A stretch of DNA of 60,719 nt from a virus (lineage: Duplodnaviria; Caudoviricetes): positions 1 to 60,719 of the IMG/VR virus record IMGVR_UViG_3300033143_005582; one strand, given 5' to 3'. The notes under the pieces are model-generated. The model worked only from the letters and a program-made list of their open reading frames with translations. It searched no databases and was not told where the DNA came from. Below are positions 11,201-19,533 of this stretch, in pieces. Within the stretch, counting starts at the first letter, position 1. Every line of letters starts with the position of its first letter. A program made the position numbers and the translations under genes.

Positions 11201-12635
11201 TAGAAATTTGGATTTAGAAAACCCAAGTTTCGCAAGTTTAGAAGTTGGATTGACTGGTTCTCCAGTTCATAGCAACTTTCTTATAGGTTGCACGTCTTTA
11301 GGTAAAGCGTGGGATGGCGGAGCTTATTTCGGAGAGACCACAGGGGACAGAGTTGTTTTAGGTGAGTTTGAAGGAAATGCCACGATTGGAGGACACAACT
11401 CAACATTAAGCGGTTGGGTTGATTTATATCTCAACCCCTATGGAAATGTATTCACTTCAAATTTGAATGTAGCTTCTTTGACAGCATCTCAAATTGTAGA
11501 GACAGATGGTTCAAAATTATTAGTTAGCGTTGCAAAAAATTCTGCATATAATAAAGCTTTTGGTAGTGGCTCTGGTAATGTTGCTGAAGGTGATGCAGTA
11601 GTTTTTGATACAGGGAATCAAAGTATAGATGGAATTAAAACATTTACAAGTTTTCCTATTACTCCGTCATCCGCACCAACAACAGACTACCAAGTCGCAA
11701 ATAAAAAATATGTTGATGACAATACAGGAAATCCTTTTGACCAAGATTTAAATACAACAGATAGTCCAACTTTTAATGGTTTAACCGCATCTTCTGTTAA
11801 TATAGATGGTGGTACTATAGACGGATTATCTCATCTTGCTATTGGAACAAATTCCCCCGAAACCGCAATAGATATTGTCAACACTATTCCATATATAACA
11901 TTACACAATAACACTCACGAAGACGCAGACGGTGGGCGTGAAAGCAAATTAATTTTTAAGGGCGAGCAATCTGGCGGGGAAATAAGTACATTAGCGAGAA
12001 TAGAAGTATCTCACGATGGCACGGGCGATGATGAAAAAGGCAAGATGGTTTTTTATGTTAATGATGGAAACGATGGAAACACCCCTGTAGAAAGAATGCG
12101 AATAGATGATGCAGTAGTTATTGAAGCAAGTACATATTTTTATTCATTACAAACATATAATCACGGGGAAACAACACAAAAAGGAAGAGACGTTTATGTC
12201 CAATCAAGCGGACGATTTGTATATGATGCCTCTACAGAAGAGGCAAAAGATAATATCGTGCCAATTGAAAACTGGCAAAGAATTTATGATTTAGAACCAA
12301 AACAATATCAAGGAAGAAAAAGAATATCTGATATTAGAGAATTAGAAATTGGCGAGAAAGATGATTATACTGATGAGTGTTTTGATGGAATTGCTTTTGG
12401 AAATATCGCGGAAACAATTCATTTAATTTTTCCTGAATTAACATTAAATTATAGAGACCCAATTTTTGATGAAAATGGAAATGTTATTGATTTTAAAATA
12501 GTTGGATATGATGAAAAAGGTCTAATACACCCGACTATTTTGGCAGTGCAGGATCATAGAAAAATACTTAATGAGTATGATTTAAAATTCATAGATATTA
12601 AAAAAAGATTAGACAATTTAGAAAATGTTGCTTAG
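8247..12635 (+). CDS. Large mosaic tail fibre/spike with C-terminal intramolecular chaperone (peptidase S74-like)
   Basis: GNQSIDGIKTF and VANKKYVDD fibre motifs; STEEAKDNI, GNIAE..FPEL and terminal coiled coil. Confidence 0.82.
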   Translation: MDLLPSYLRQAKTQAFDPTIKGVLSAIWTQDAIDELTDLITNLGNINVKQTIWEEITAKGIDNTVNQFQGKTSVDTTIWDTSPYNSEAKKVNAGGSYTGEDIFTASGTHIKSIIDANGDYLLSGIPNPALYPRYSIVYVRKGTAKEFGEEGIPSSQILETIETSSMVRDVENAEVRPKNVGDNLNMETGGFKDFFVSIAIKLGEVGETAFNTIKKSIVGAVNENKLKKEVAIGTCLLWGGELSINAGDNTKFDIEAGSAQFEDDYTDSENPTSTIINWEKQIGISVTNISIQIATNISVNSSGVFLQNASGVPIEDLKKFLPLGTLIHANLTSLSDAVPVPIWGSSLMQTIGNIYGSLGFSINEFGNEYTANGSNLNINKSEGITGSNGINYGINKEDPNRKISDDLEALYFFTLYPNTPVPTLAFTNAVPNTHYDPNGDGTLVEIPEGFFATPRFYHEPISGITVMQYAQFVYDSLKKASTSWEQEVFLKDPLIERLPLRTVLAIQKNCTELNNADCTKFIQLGILGDKTLNIVDGFSDFAENIEDIDTMTYQRQAISYYDSGGVLYSDIAAEFNFERDDISFVNADSSINTAGGDFDNDSMIAGDKIIISGSTNNNGIFTIVSVATAKIIVSETVIDESAGDDIKIETPGKGNITFVIGQREFVLNCKTGIGRNGRARITLNEGTDENPQENWGYAIRSGNEMILQQSDSEQTSGSFSNMFSALIPSVATTIAKGFYNSRRWTDTKNVDGKGVISTILSKLRDITPYKSGLGANITIDTGPSPDSVDFTIEAGIVREIYLQNITAKQLSIDGAIIVNDFDEKYREITNLNEITKDSTGATLNNRYFQILCGLSLNADGYPDRIVIKVPNGSYGNAVNAFYDTKGFMDTSFPAEFKSVYLAFAGVFKLQGGTQISNEALAFGVNNIDLRTREPGASSSGAGTSAITTFSDGDFALYNNVDSTKRMVWDLSNVSTGQTRTITMTDRNLDLENPSFASLEVGLTGSPVHSNFLIGCTSLGKAWDGGAYFGETTGDRVVLGEFEGNATIGGHNSTLSGWVDLYLNPYGNVFTSNLNVASLTASQIVETDGSKLLVSVAKNSAYNKAFGSGSGNVAEGDAVVFDTGNQSIDGIKTFTSFPITPSSAPTTDYQVANKKYVDDNTGNPFDQDLNTTDSPTFNGLTASSVNIDGGTIDGLSHLAIGTNSPETAIDIVNTIPYITLHNNTHEDADGGRESKLIFKGEQSGGEISTLARIEVSHDGTGDDEKGKMVFYVNDGNDGNTPVERMRIDDAVVIEASTYFYSLQTYNHGETTQKGRDVYVQSSGRFVYDASTEEAKDNIVPIENWQRIYDLEPKQYQGRKRISDIRELEIGEKDDYTDECFDGIAFGNIAETIHLIFPELTLNYRDPIFDENGNVIDFKIVGYDEKGLIHPTILAVQDHRKILNEYDLKFIDIKKRLDNLENVA

Positions 12636-12664
12636 TATTAAATTTATAAATTAAATAAAAATTT

Positions 12665-13105
12665 ATGTTTAAAAGTAAAAAAGAGAAAATAGAAATAACA
12701 TTACAAAAAATACAAGATTGTTATAATCATTTGATTCTTTTTGGTTCTCAAAATATTAGAGATGTTTATCTAAATTTTCATTTCGGAAAATTAATGCGAG
12801 ATGAAATAACACCTAATTACAAAAGTACAATAAAAGCATTAAAATCATTGCGTGATAAACATAATATTATAAAAATTGACAAAATAAAATTAAAAGGATT
12901 ACCTATAGACAGAGATAACTACTTAAAAGAAGAAGAGAAGTTTTTAAAAACAAAAGTTGAAATTAATCTCACAATGAAAATAAAATTGTCAACGATAAAA
13001 AAATTATTTAAAGATAATAAAGATTTTATATGTTCGCCAAACTTTTTTATAAATACCGAATGGCTAATTGATTTTGACGAAAAAGAAAAAAAAGAAAAAG
13101 AATAA
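12665..13105 (+). CDS. Hypothetical protein (possible fibre-associated)
   Basis: ORF immediately after the large fibre gene. Confidence 0.55.
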   Translation: MFKSKKEKIEITLQKIQDCYNHLILFGSQNIRDVYLNFHFGKLMRDEITPNYKSTIKALKSLRDKHNIIKIDKIKLKGLPIDRDNYLKEEEKFLKTKVEINLTMKIKLSTIKKLFKDNKDFICSPNFFINTEWLIDFDEKEKKEKE

Positions 13106-13107
13106 TT

Positions 13108-13236
13108 ATGAAAAAAATAAAGGAATTTGTTTTAACCAAAGATTTTATAATAAAATCATTATGTGGTATTACAGCATCATTATTTTTAATCTTATTGACT
13201 TTAGTTTTGTTTATAGTAAATAAAATTTTTAAATGA
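13108..13236 (+). CDS. 42-aa single-TM protein (lysis cassette; not in ORF track)
   Basis: MKKIKEFVLTKDFIIKSLCGITASLFLILLTLVLFIVNKIFK; ATGA overlap with the next gene. Confidence 0.55.
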   Translation: MKKIKEFVLTKDFIIKSLCGITASLFLILLTLVLFIVNKIFK

Positions 13237-13427
13237 AAAAAGACATATTCAGAGATAGAAATGGAAAACTTTCAAGTAAACGAATAATAGCTTATATTTA
13301 TTGTGCTACTTCAATTATATTAATACCTTTTTATATGTTTGGAATTATAGATATACAACTAATAGGAATATTTGCATTAGCTTCAACAGGGCAAGGTTTT
13401 GCTTGCAGTCTTGAAAAGAAAATTTAA
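13233..13427 (+). CDS. Putative holin
   Basis: Two TM segments, NGKLSSKR motif, lysis context. Confidence 0.65.
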   Translation: MKKDIFRDRNGKLSSKRIIAYIYCATSIILIPFYMFGIIDIQLIGIFALASTGQGFACSLEKKI

Positions 13428-13457
13428 TATTAAATTAGTTTAATAAACTTTCTGATT

Positions 13458-13682
13458 ATGGATTTATTATTAAGAATTTTAGGAGCTGGATTTCTTTATT
13501 TTATTATTAAAAATTTCTTTTCATATCTTTTAAATATTAACTCTGATAAAAAACTTGCGGAATTTAAAAGTGAAGCAACTGCAGAAAATATGAAAAATAT
13601 GATAGAATCAAATAAAAAATCAAATGAAACAGATGAAATTGTTAATAAGTCTCGTAAGTCTATTTTTGATAAGTTCTTGTAG
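13458..13682 (+). CDS. Putative i-spanin (Rz-like)
   Basis: N-terminal TM plus coiled coil, overlapped by a lipoprotein ORF. Confidence 0.6.
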   Translation: MDLLLRILGAGFLYFIIKNFFSYLLNINSDKKLAEFKSEATAENMKNMIESNKKSNETDEIVNKSRKSIFDKFL

Positions 13683-13917
13683 CCCTAAACAAAAACAACC
13701 CACAATAATTATTCTTACAAAGGATTGTAGATTTTATAGAATTGTAAAAAGTAAGGATTTACAAGGAAAATTTGAAGAATTAGAAAATATTAAAGCAAAT
13801 AATATTGATGCCTGTGAAAGATGTCCACAATTTAAAAATTCAATAGAATGTAAAAGAACTTTAAAATTAAGAGATTTAGAAAAAAAACGATTAGAAAATA
13901 AATTTTTAAACAAATAG
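13624..13917 (+). CDS. Putative o-spanin (Rz1-like lipoprotein)
   Basis: Signal peptide with lipobox-like LISSC; overlaps the upstream gene. Confidence 0.65.
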   Translation: MKQMKLLISLVSLFLISSCSPKQKQPTIIILTKDCRFYRIVKSKDLQGKFEELENIKANNIDACERCPQFKNSIECKRTLKLRDLEKKRLENKFLNK

Positions 13918-13945
13918 TATCACGACCTTGATACTATTTTCTTTA
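13912..13945 (+). terminator. Intrinsic terminator after the spanins
   Basis: AAATAGTATCA-CGACCT-TGATACTATTT followed by a T-rich tract. Confidence 0.55.
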
Positions 13946-14045
13946 TTTTTAAAATAATCACATAACCATCACATAAGATTTCATTGATTAATAAAGACTT
14001 TCAAGATATAATTAAATAAAACTTATTCAAAAAATCACATAAGAA

Positions 14046-14552
14046 ATGATTAAAAAATTATTTAAAATATTATACAATCTTCTTTTTCGCCAAAAACAGA
14101 CAGAAAAAGAGGTTATTTTAAAAGAGGCTTTTAAATCCAAAATAGCTCTTAAAAATGGTATTGATAATACCACAAATGATTTTGAAATATTAGAATGTAT
14201 TTATTATACAGATGAAATGTTTAAGGAAGTAGAGGAAATATTAATAACAAAATTAGGTATAAAAAAGGAAGATATTGAGAAAACAAGTTATTATCGTTGC
14301 AAAGAATTAAATAAATTAGTTAAAGGTTCTAAAACATCGGATCATATGAAAGGAAAAGCAATAGATTTTTATGTTAAAGGATTTACTCCTCAACAAGTTT
14401 GCAAAGCAATAAATGACGATTATTTACAATATAAACAGCTTATTATATATGAAACCAAAAAAATAACTCACATTTCTTTTGATGATTTTTATTTTAATTG
14501 TACAAGTGAGTTTTTAACAAAAACAAAAGATGGAGTTTATAAAAAGAATTGA
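14046..14552 (+). CDS. Endolysin, peptidase M15A-like
   Basis: SYYRC..LN..V.GSKTSDHMKGKAIDF...THISF zinc-peptidase motif. Confidence 0.87.
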   Translation: MIKKLFKILYNLLFRQKQTEKEVILKEAFKSKIALKNGIDNTTNDFEILECIYYTDEMFKEVEEILITKLGIKKEDIEKTSYYRCKELNKLVKGSKTSDHMKGKAIDFYVKGFTPQQVCKAINDDYLQYKQLIIYETKKITHISFDDFYFNCTSEFLTKTKDGVYKKN

Positions 14553-14602
14553 CAATATTAAAACTTAATATAATTATTATATCGTAAACTTACATTCTTT
14601 AT

Positions 14603-14633
14603 AGCCCTGTTTTCTTCTCCTGCAGGGTTTTTT
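14603..14633 (+). terminator. Terminator between convergent endolysin and par genes
   Basis: GCCCTG...CAGGGT followed by a T-run. Confidence 0.6.
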
Positions 14634-14860
14634 TATTTTACATAATTCTTTTTTATAATTTCCCAAAGAACATCTTGTCTATATCTCAATTTACAATCCT
14701 TAAGTATATATTTTTCATAAAAACTTTTAGGTAGAAGAATACTTACTCTAATCATTTCTTCTTTATAGGATTTTTTTCCTAAAGCTCTACCTATTTTTAG
14801 ATTACTTTTATTGTTATTGTATTGATTTAAGCTTTCTTTTAAAATTTTATTTTTACTCAT
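14633..14860 (-). CDS. Putative ribbon-helix-helix centromere-binding protein (type Ib ParB/ParG-like)
   Basis: Small ORF coupled to parA; IRVSILLPKSFYEK strand-helix pattern. Confidence 0.6.
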   Translation of the reverse strand: MSKNKILKESLNQYNNNKSNLKIGRALGKKSYKEEMIRVSILLPKSFYEKYILKDCKLRYRQDVLWEIIKKNYVK

Positions 14861-15648
14861 ATAATCTCCATTATTTCTTTTGATAAATTTAAATAGTCTT
14901 TAGCACCATGACATTTTGGACAATATTCAAAAATACTCTTGCCATAGTCTGGTGCTTCCTTTAATTTTACATTTTGTCTAATGTAAGTATCAAATACTTT
15001 GATATTATGTTCTTTGTTCTCATTTTTAGTAAAGACTTCTATTAATGCTCTTAAACAATCTTTAGCTTTATTGTTTCCATCGTGAAACGTCCCTAATATA
15101 CCTAAAATTTTCAAGTTTGGATTTAAGCCATTTTGTATTAAAGAAATTGAGTCTAATATACTGGCTGTTCCATCAAGTCCAAAGGGGGACAATTCAACAG
15201 GAATTAAAACATAATTTGAATATGCAAGAGAACTTGCTGATAAAATATTATCCGCAGGAGCATTATCTATAAAAATATAATCATATTTCCATTTCTCTAA
15301 ATCTTTTAATTTTCTTTTTAAAATTAATTCTCGTTGCTGTTCTGTAGAAACTAAAATATCAAAGTTTTTTAAATCTTGATGAGATGGGATAATTTCTAAG
15401 TTATTTTCTCTTAAAAAGATACATTCTTTTAAATAGCATTTATCAAATAAAAAAGCATTTATATTAAATTTGTCGTTATTTGCTCCCAAACTCGTTGACA
15501 AATTACATTGCGGATCTAAATCTATAATCAAAACTTTTTTATGTGCATTAGCAATAGCCTTTGCGAGGTTAAGAGTAGTGGTTGTTTTTCCAACTCCTCC
15601 TTTTAAGTTTAATACTGATATTATTTTTGTTTTCATTTTACTCCCCAT
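14857..15648 (-). CDS. parA: ParA/Soj partition ATPase
   Basis: KGGVGKTTT, LIIDLDPQ, YDYIFID, IRQNVKLKEAP. Confidence 0.95.
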   Translation of the reverse strand: MGSKMKTKIISVLNLKGGVGKTTTTLNLAKAIANAHKKVLIIDLDPQCNLSTSLGANNDKFNINAFLFDKCYLKECIFLRENNLEIIPSHQDLKNFDILVSTEQQRELILKRKLKDLEKWKYDYIFIDNAPADNILSASSLAYSNYVLIPVELSPFGLDGTASILDSISLIQNGLNPNLKILGILGTFHDGNNKAKDCLRALIEVFTKNENKEHNIKVFDTYIRQNVKLKEAPDYGKSIFEYCPKCHGAKDYLNLSKEIMEII

Positions 15649-15938
15649 ATTTTTGTTAATTTTTCTTTACTATAAGTTTTTAATAAATAATTCAAGCATT
15701 TTTGAGCGTTTTCTTTTGTGTTAAAATATACTTGATTAAATGAATTTCCTACACCTAATTCAACACCATTTAAAATTTCAAAAATATTATAACTATATAC
15801 TATATTATGACAGAAAATATTATCATTATCCCTCCAATCATTATCCTTTCTACTTTCACGTGCCATTTTCTTCATAATATAATCAACTTCTCTTCTATCT
15901 CTTTCAAGTTTTGACTTTTCTTTTATTTTTTTACTCAT
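15633..15938 (-). CDS. Hypothetical phage protein
   Basis: First ORF behind a consensus promoter; VYFNTKENAQK motif. Confidence 0.6.
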   Translation of the reverse strand: MSKKIKEKSKLERDRREVDYIMKKMARESRKDNDWRDNDNIFCHNIVYSYNIFEILNGVELGVGNSFNQVYFNTKENAQKCLNYLLKTYSKEKLTKIWGVK

Positions 15939-15947
15939 TTTATTTTT

Positions 15948-16080
15948 TTACATAATTAAATAAATAACATAATAAATTATTATACACTTTATATTTTTAT
16001 GTGTCAAATATTTTATTACACAATTAAATAAATAGCACAATAAAATATATTGTGTTATTTATTTTAATACACTTTATATT
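15948..16080. repeat. Direct repeats around the par promoter (candidate centromere/operator)
   Basis: TTACAYAATTAAATAAATARCAYAATAAA at 15948 and 16016; ATACACTTTATATT at 15982 and 16067. Confidence 0.55.
15979..16007 (-). promoter_or_regulatory. Consensus sigma70 promoter of the par operon
   Basis: TTGACA-17-TATAAT on the minus strand. Confidence 0.8.
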
Positions 16081-16171
16081 ATTTGACTTATTTAATTATT
16101 GATTTATTCTTGAATAGAGGCAATTTAGTCTCTGTTTCTAAAAATTGTAAGGATTTTTTAAATAAATTGTC

Positions 16172-16450
16172 TCAACCTTTGTTTTGATATTTTAATTTTA
16201 TATCTACAAACTCAAATAAATTCCCAGTTATTGCCTCACGTTTAACTTTTTTTGATTTTTTTATTAATATTGAATTTTTAGAAAGTTTAAATCCATTGAT
16301 TTGAACATGTGTTATTTCTCTTCCTTTGCAATATTTGATAATTTCATTATAGAAGTTGCTTTTTTCAAGAGTTAATTTTTTAATAGATATTTTATCATTA
16401 AAAAACTCAACTTCTTTTTCTATTAATATTTTTTGTTTCTTTTTTGACAT
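16172..16450 (-). CDS. Hypothetical protein
   Basis: ORF in operon. Confidence 0.55.
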   Translation of the reverse strand: MSKKKQKILIEKEVEFFNDKISIKKLTLEKSNFYNEIIKYCKGREITHVQINGFKLSKNSILIKKSKKVKREAITGNLFEFVDIKLKYQNKG

Positions 16451-16451
16451 A

Positions 16452-16970
16452 TTAACTGCTTTTAACTTCTCTAATTTTTTTATTCATATCACCAATTAAA
16501 CCAGCTTTATAAATTGCCTCATTATTTTTACTGCATAATCTTTTATTTAAAAATTTCAAAGCGTCATTTACAATTTTTGGATTTTCTAAATAATTATTTA
16601 TTCTTTCATTTTTTATTCTTATTGTAAAGATATTACGATGTTTTAAAATATATATTGCTTTTTTTAAGTCTCTAATTTTTTGTTCCTTTTGTGTTGAATG
16701 TTGCGGTCCATCAATTTCAAAAGAAATAAGATGATATTTAGTTTTAACAAGAATATCTATATAGAAATGATTAAACTCTGGAGCATTGATTTTATACTCA
16801 ATAACAAAAGGCAATCCTATCTCAATAATTAAATTGCAAATAAATCGTTGTTCTTTAGTTAAAAAACAGCCGTCTCTTATTATGGAGTTGTCAAAAGGAT
16901 ATTTATCATACAAAAGAATTAAATTCTTGTTTTTGAATGCTTTTTGGCATTTTTTGAGAAATTTATTCAT
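16452..16970 (-). CDS. DUF559/Vsr-like PD-(D/E)XK endonuclease
   Basis: FYIDIL...FEIDGPQH...RD...IRIKNE. Confidence 0.8.
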   Translation of the reverse strand: MNKFLKKCQKAFKNKNLILLYDKYPFDNSIIRDGCFLTKEQRFICNLIIEIGLPFVIEYKINAPEFNHFYIDILVKTKYHLISFEIDGPQHSTQKEQKIRDLKKAIYILKHRNIFTIRIKNERINNYLENPKIVNDALKFLNKRLCSKNNEAIYKAGLIGDMNKKIREVKSS

Positions 16971-16985
16971 ATTTTTAGTTTTGAG

Positions 16986-17088
16986 TGGGAGTAGCTATAG
17001 TAAATAGCATCAGTTTTTTTAAATTGCAACATTAATATTCCGATAACCCGTATTAGCTTACGAGTTGACAACATTGTCTTTACTCCCA
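16986..17088 (-). ncRNA. Candidate structured RNA (five-way junction)
   Basis: Closing stem UGGGAGUA/UACUCCCA enclosing four helices; G-U pairs favour the minus strand. Confidence 0.5.
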
Positions 17089-17092
17089 TTTT

Positions 17093-17719
17093 TTAAAATG
17101 GTATTTCGTCATCTATATTTTCATCAATAAATTCATCTTTATTTGAATTTTGTGAATAATCAACATTATCTTTATAAGTTTTGTCTCTTTTTTCAAAACT
17201 ATTCTGCCAATTTCTTTTTATCCAATAAATTTTACTAATACAAAAATCAATAAAATCTCTTAAAATATCTAATTCACTTGTATTTATTATTAAATCATTT
17301 TTTGTTTGTTGTGTTTTTCCATTTTCATCTGTATAACTTTTGACAAAACGAGTCAAATTTAAAGACATTTTCATTTCTTCTTTAGTAGGTTTGTCTTTGT
17401 CCTTCCATTTTAGTTTTTTTTCTTCATTTAAGATTTTATGTGCTATATAACAATTTTTTTCAAGTTGTGATGGATTTTGTCTTGGAATTAAATATTTAAC
17501 AAGAGTTTTTAAATAACATAAATCATCAATTTTGTTTAAACTTAATGATTGATTTTTATATTGCTCTCCTTCGGGTTTGTCTTTACCTAAGAAAACTTTA
17601 TGTTCAAGTTGATATTTAAACCAAGGTTTTCCGTCTTTACCTTCAGACAACCAAGCACTTAATTTATAATTTGTCCAATAAAATACATTTTTACATTCGC
17701 TTTTCTTTTCATCTGCCAT
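17093..17719 (-). CDS. Putative single-stranded DNA-binding protein (non-canonical)
   Basis: Acidic C-terminal tail DDEIPF; next to RecT. Confidence 0.6.
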   Translation of the reverse strand: MADEKKSECKNVFYWTNYKLSAWLSEGKDGKPWFKYQLEHKVFLGKDKPEGEQYKNQSLSLNKIDDLCYLKTLVKYLIPRQNPSQLEKNCYIAHKILNEEKKLKWKDKDKPTKEEMKMSLNLTRFVKSYTDENGKTQQTKNDLIINTSELDILRDFIDFCISKIYWIKRNWQNSFEKRDKTYKDNVDYSQNSNKDEFIDENIDDEIPF

Positions 17720-17720
17720 T

Positions 17721-18482
17721 TTATTTACCTTTTTTATTATTAAAATTTTTATTATTTAAACATACTTTTAATTGAACTGTATTATGTTCTAAATTATTAA
17801 GTATTTTTTGCAAACTTTCAAGATTATCTTTTGTAATGTCATTAACAATAATCTCTTTTGTATTCATATCTAAAAGTTTAATATCTTTTTGTATTTTGCC
17901 AATTAAATCGTTTTTAAAATTTTCTGTATTATCTAAAATAATTTCACTATCATCATCAAGAAGTATAACTTGATTTTTTAATTTGTTTTTTTTGGAAAAA
18001 TCCTCATTTCCTTTATACAAAATCGCATTAGTTGCCAATTCATCAGCTATTTCATTATATTTATTTCCATTATGGGCTTTTACCCATTGGAATTTAACAT
18101 TATGAACTTGTCTATGATAATCTAAATCTTCCCATAATTCCTTATTTTTAACAGGTTTTCTGTTAGATGTTTTCCAGCCGTTTAATTTCCAGTTTTTAAT
18201 CCATTTAGTAATACCATTTTTAACATATTGACTATCGGTATATATTAAAATATCTTTTTTAATTCGTTGAGTATTATTTATAAATTGTAAAGCTTTAATA
18301 ACTGCCGTTAATTCCATTTTGTTATTAGTGCTTTCTTTTTCATAACCGCTTAAATGATAGTCATCTGATTTTTTTTGTGTTTGTGTATCATTGTAAATAA
18401 TTATAGCTCCCCAACCGCCTTCCCCGGGGTTTGGGTTACAACCTCCATCTGTGTATATTTCTATGTCTATTTCTTTATTCAT
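17721..18482 (-). CDS. rnhA: Ribonuclease HI with C-terminal extension
   Basis: YTDGGCNPNPG, TNNKMEL, TDSQYV, WVKAHNG, NEIADELA. Confidence 0.95.
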   Translation of the reverse strand: MNKEIDIEIYTDGGCNPNPGEGGWGAIIIYNDTQTQKKSDDYHLSGYEKESTNNKMELTAVIKALQFINNTQRIKKDILIYTDSQYVKNGITKWIKNWKLNGWKTSNRKPVKNKELWEDLDYHRQVHNVKFQWVKAHNGNKYNEIADELATNAILYKGNEDFSKKNKLKNQVILLDDDSEIILDNTENFKNDLIGKIQKDIKLLDMNTKEIIVNDITKDNLESLQKILNNLEHNTVQLKVCLNNKNFNNKKGK

Positions 18483-19320
18483 TTTCAGTTTGATTGTTTA
18501 ATTCTTCTAATCCTGCGGTTTTGTTTAGTTTTTTGTTTAAATTAAAAAATTGATTATCAAAATCATCTAATTTTTTTGTTATACTCGCAAAATTTATTTT
18601 GCATATATTTCTTATAATTGTTTTTTTCATCATTTCAAATGGCCATTGTTTCCAAGTATAATCTTTCATTGTAGAAATATTTTTTGATTTATTTATTTTT
18701 TCAATAGACATAAAATTAGTTTGTTCACAAACTCTTTTTCCTTTTGTATAAGAAATTGTGCAATATGCTCCAATAATTGTATTTATTGTATTATTAAATA
18801 TATTTACTGGTTTATGACTTATATTTCTCATTCCGTTTACTAATTCTGTACTAAATTCATCTTCTTTTCTAACGAAACCTATATTATCAATATTAAAATC
18901 GGGATATTGTTGAGATACTTTATAAACATAACCACGCCAACCAATTTGAAGAGTTGCAGAATAACCCCCTATTTTATGTGTTCTTTTGCCATCTTTTTTT
19001 AAATACCAAGGTCTTGGAACCAAATAAGCATGTTCTCTTTTATCAATTGTTAAACCTAAATTTAAACAATCAACTACACTTTGTAATATTTGATTTTTTT
19101 TGCATTTTTGTAAATCTTTGCTTTTATAATATGCAGTTGAAACATCTTGAATTATTTTTTGAAATTCTTTACCGCTTTTAAAATATGGATTAAAAAATTT
19201 TCTAACATTAACTTTATTAAAATATTGCTTTACTGTATCATTTTCTTCCCAAGTTATTAATTGAACTTTTGTAGGTTCAATTGGTTTTTTTGGTGTCTTA
19301 ACCTTTAATTTTTCAGCCAT
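18475..19320 (-). CDS. recT: RecT-family single-strand annealing protein
   Basis: LGL..HAYLVP..LQIGWRGY..IGAY..WKQWPFEMMKKTIIR. Confidence 0.9.
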   Translation of the reverse strand: MAEKLKVKTPKKPIEPTKVQLITWEENDTVKQYFNKVNVRKFFNPYFKSGKEFQKIIQDVSTAYYKSKDLQKCKKNQILQSVVDCLNLGLTIDKREHAYLVPRPWYLKKDGKRTHKIGGYSATLQIGWRGYVYKVSQQYPDFNIDNIGFVRKEDEFSTELVNGMRNISHKPVNIFNNTINTIIGAYCTISYTKGKRVCEQTNFMSIEKINKSKNISTMKDYTWKQWPFEMMKKTIIRNICKINFASITKKLDDFDNQFFNLNKKLNKTAGLEELNNQTENE

Positions 19321-19480
19321 TTTTATTATCCTTTTTGTTTTTAATATAATCCATAACTATTTTTCTAACTAAATCAGACATTTTAACGAAATCAGATTTT
19401 TCTAAATCATTATTTAAAAAATCTTTAGCATTTTTAGTTACTCGTGTATTTAATTGTTCTGTTAATTTTTCTTTTTTCAT
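19313..19480 (-). CDS. 55-aa ribbon-helix-helix (Arc/CopG-like) regulator (not in ORF track)
   Basis: MKKEKLTEQLNTRVTKNAKDFLNNDLEKSDFVKMSDLVRKIVMDYIK; TTGACA-16-TATAAT promoter just upstream; overlaps the recT start. Confidence 0.7.
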   Translation of the reverse strand: MKKEKLTEQLNTRVTKNAKDFLNNDLEKSDFVKMSDLVRKIVMDYIKNKKDNKNG

Positions 19481-19533
19481 AAGTTTATTATATAATATAT
19501 GTTTAATTTGTCAACAAAATAAACAAAAAATAA

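Noticed and set aside
14549-14633. TTGACA plus terminator as a small RNA gene
   Set aside because: TTGACA overlaps the endolysin stop codon and the nearest TATAAT is only 14 bp away; a simple terminator is sufficient
16986-17088. Cloverleaf-like fold as a tRNA
   Set aside because: No T-loop TTCRA, no D-loop GG, no 7-nt anticodon loop; four internal arms of the wrong sizes
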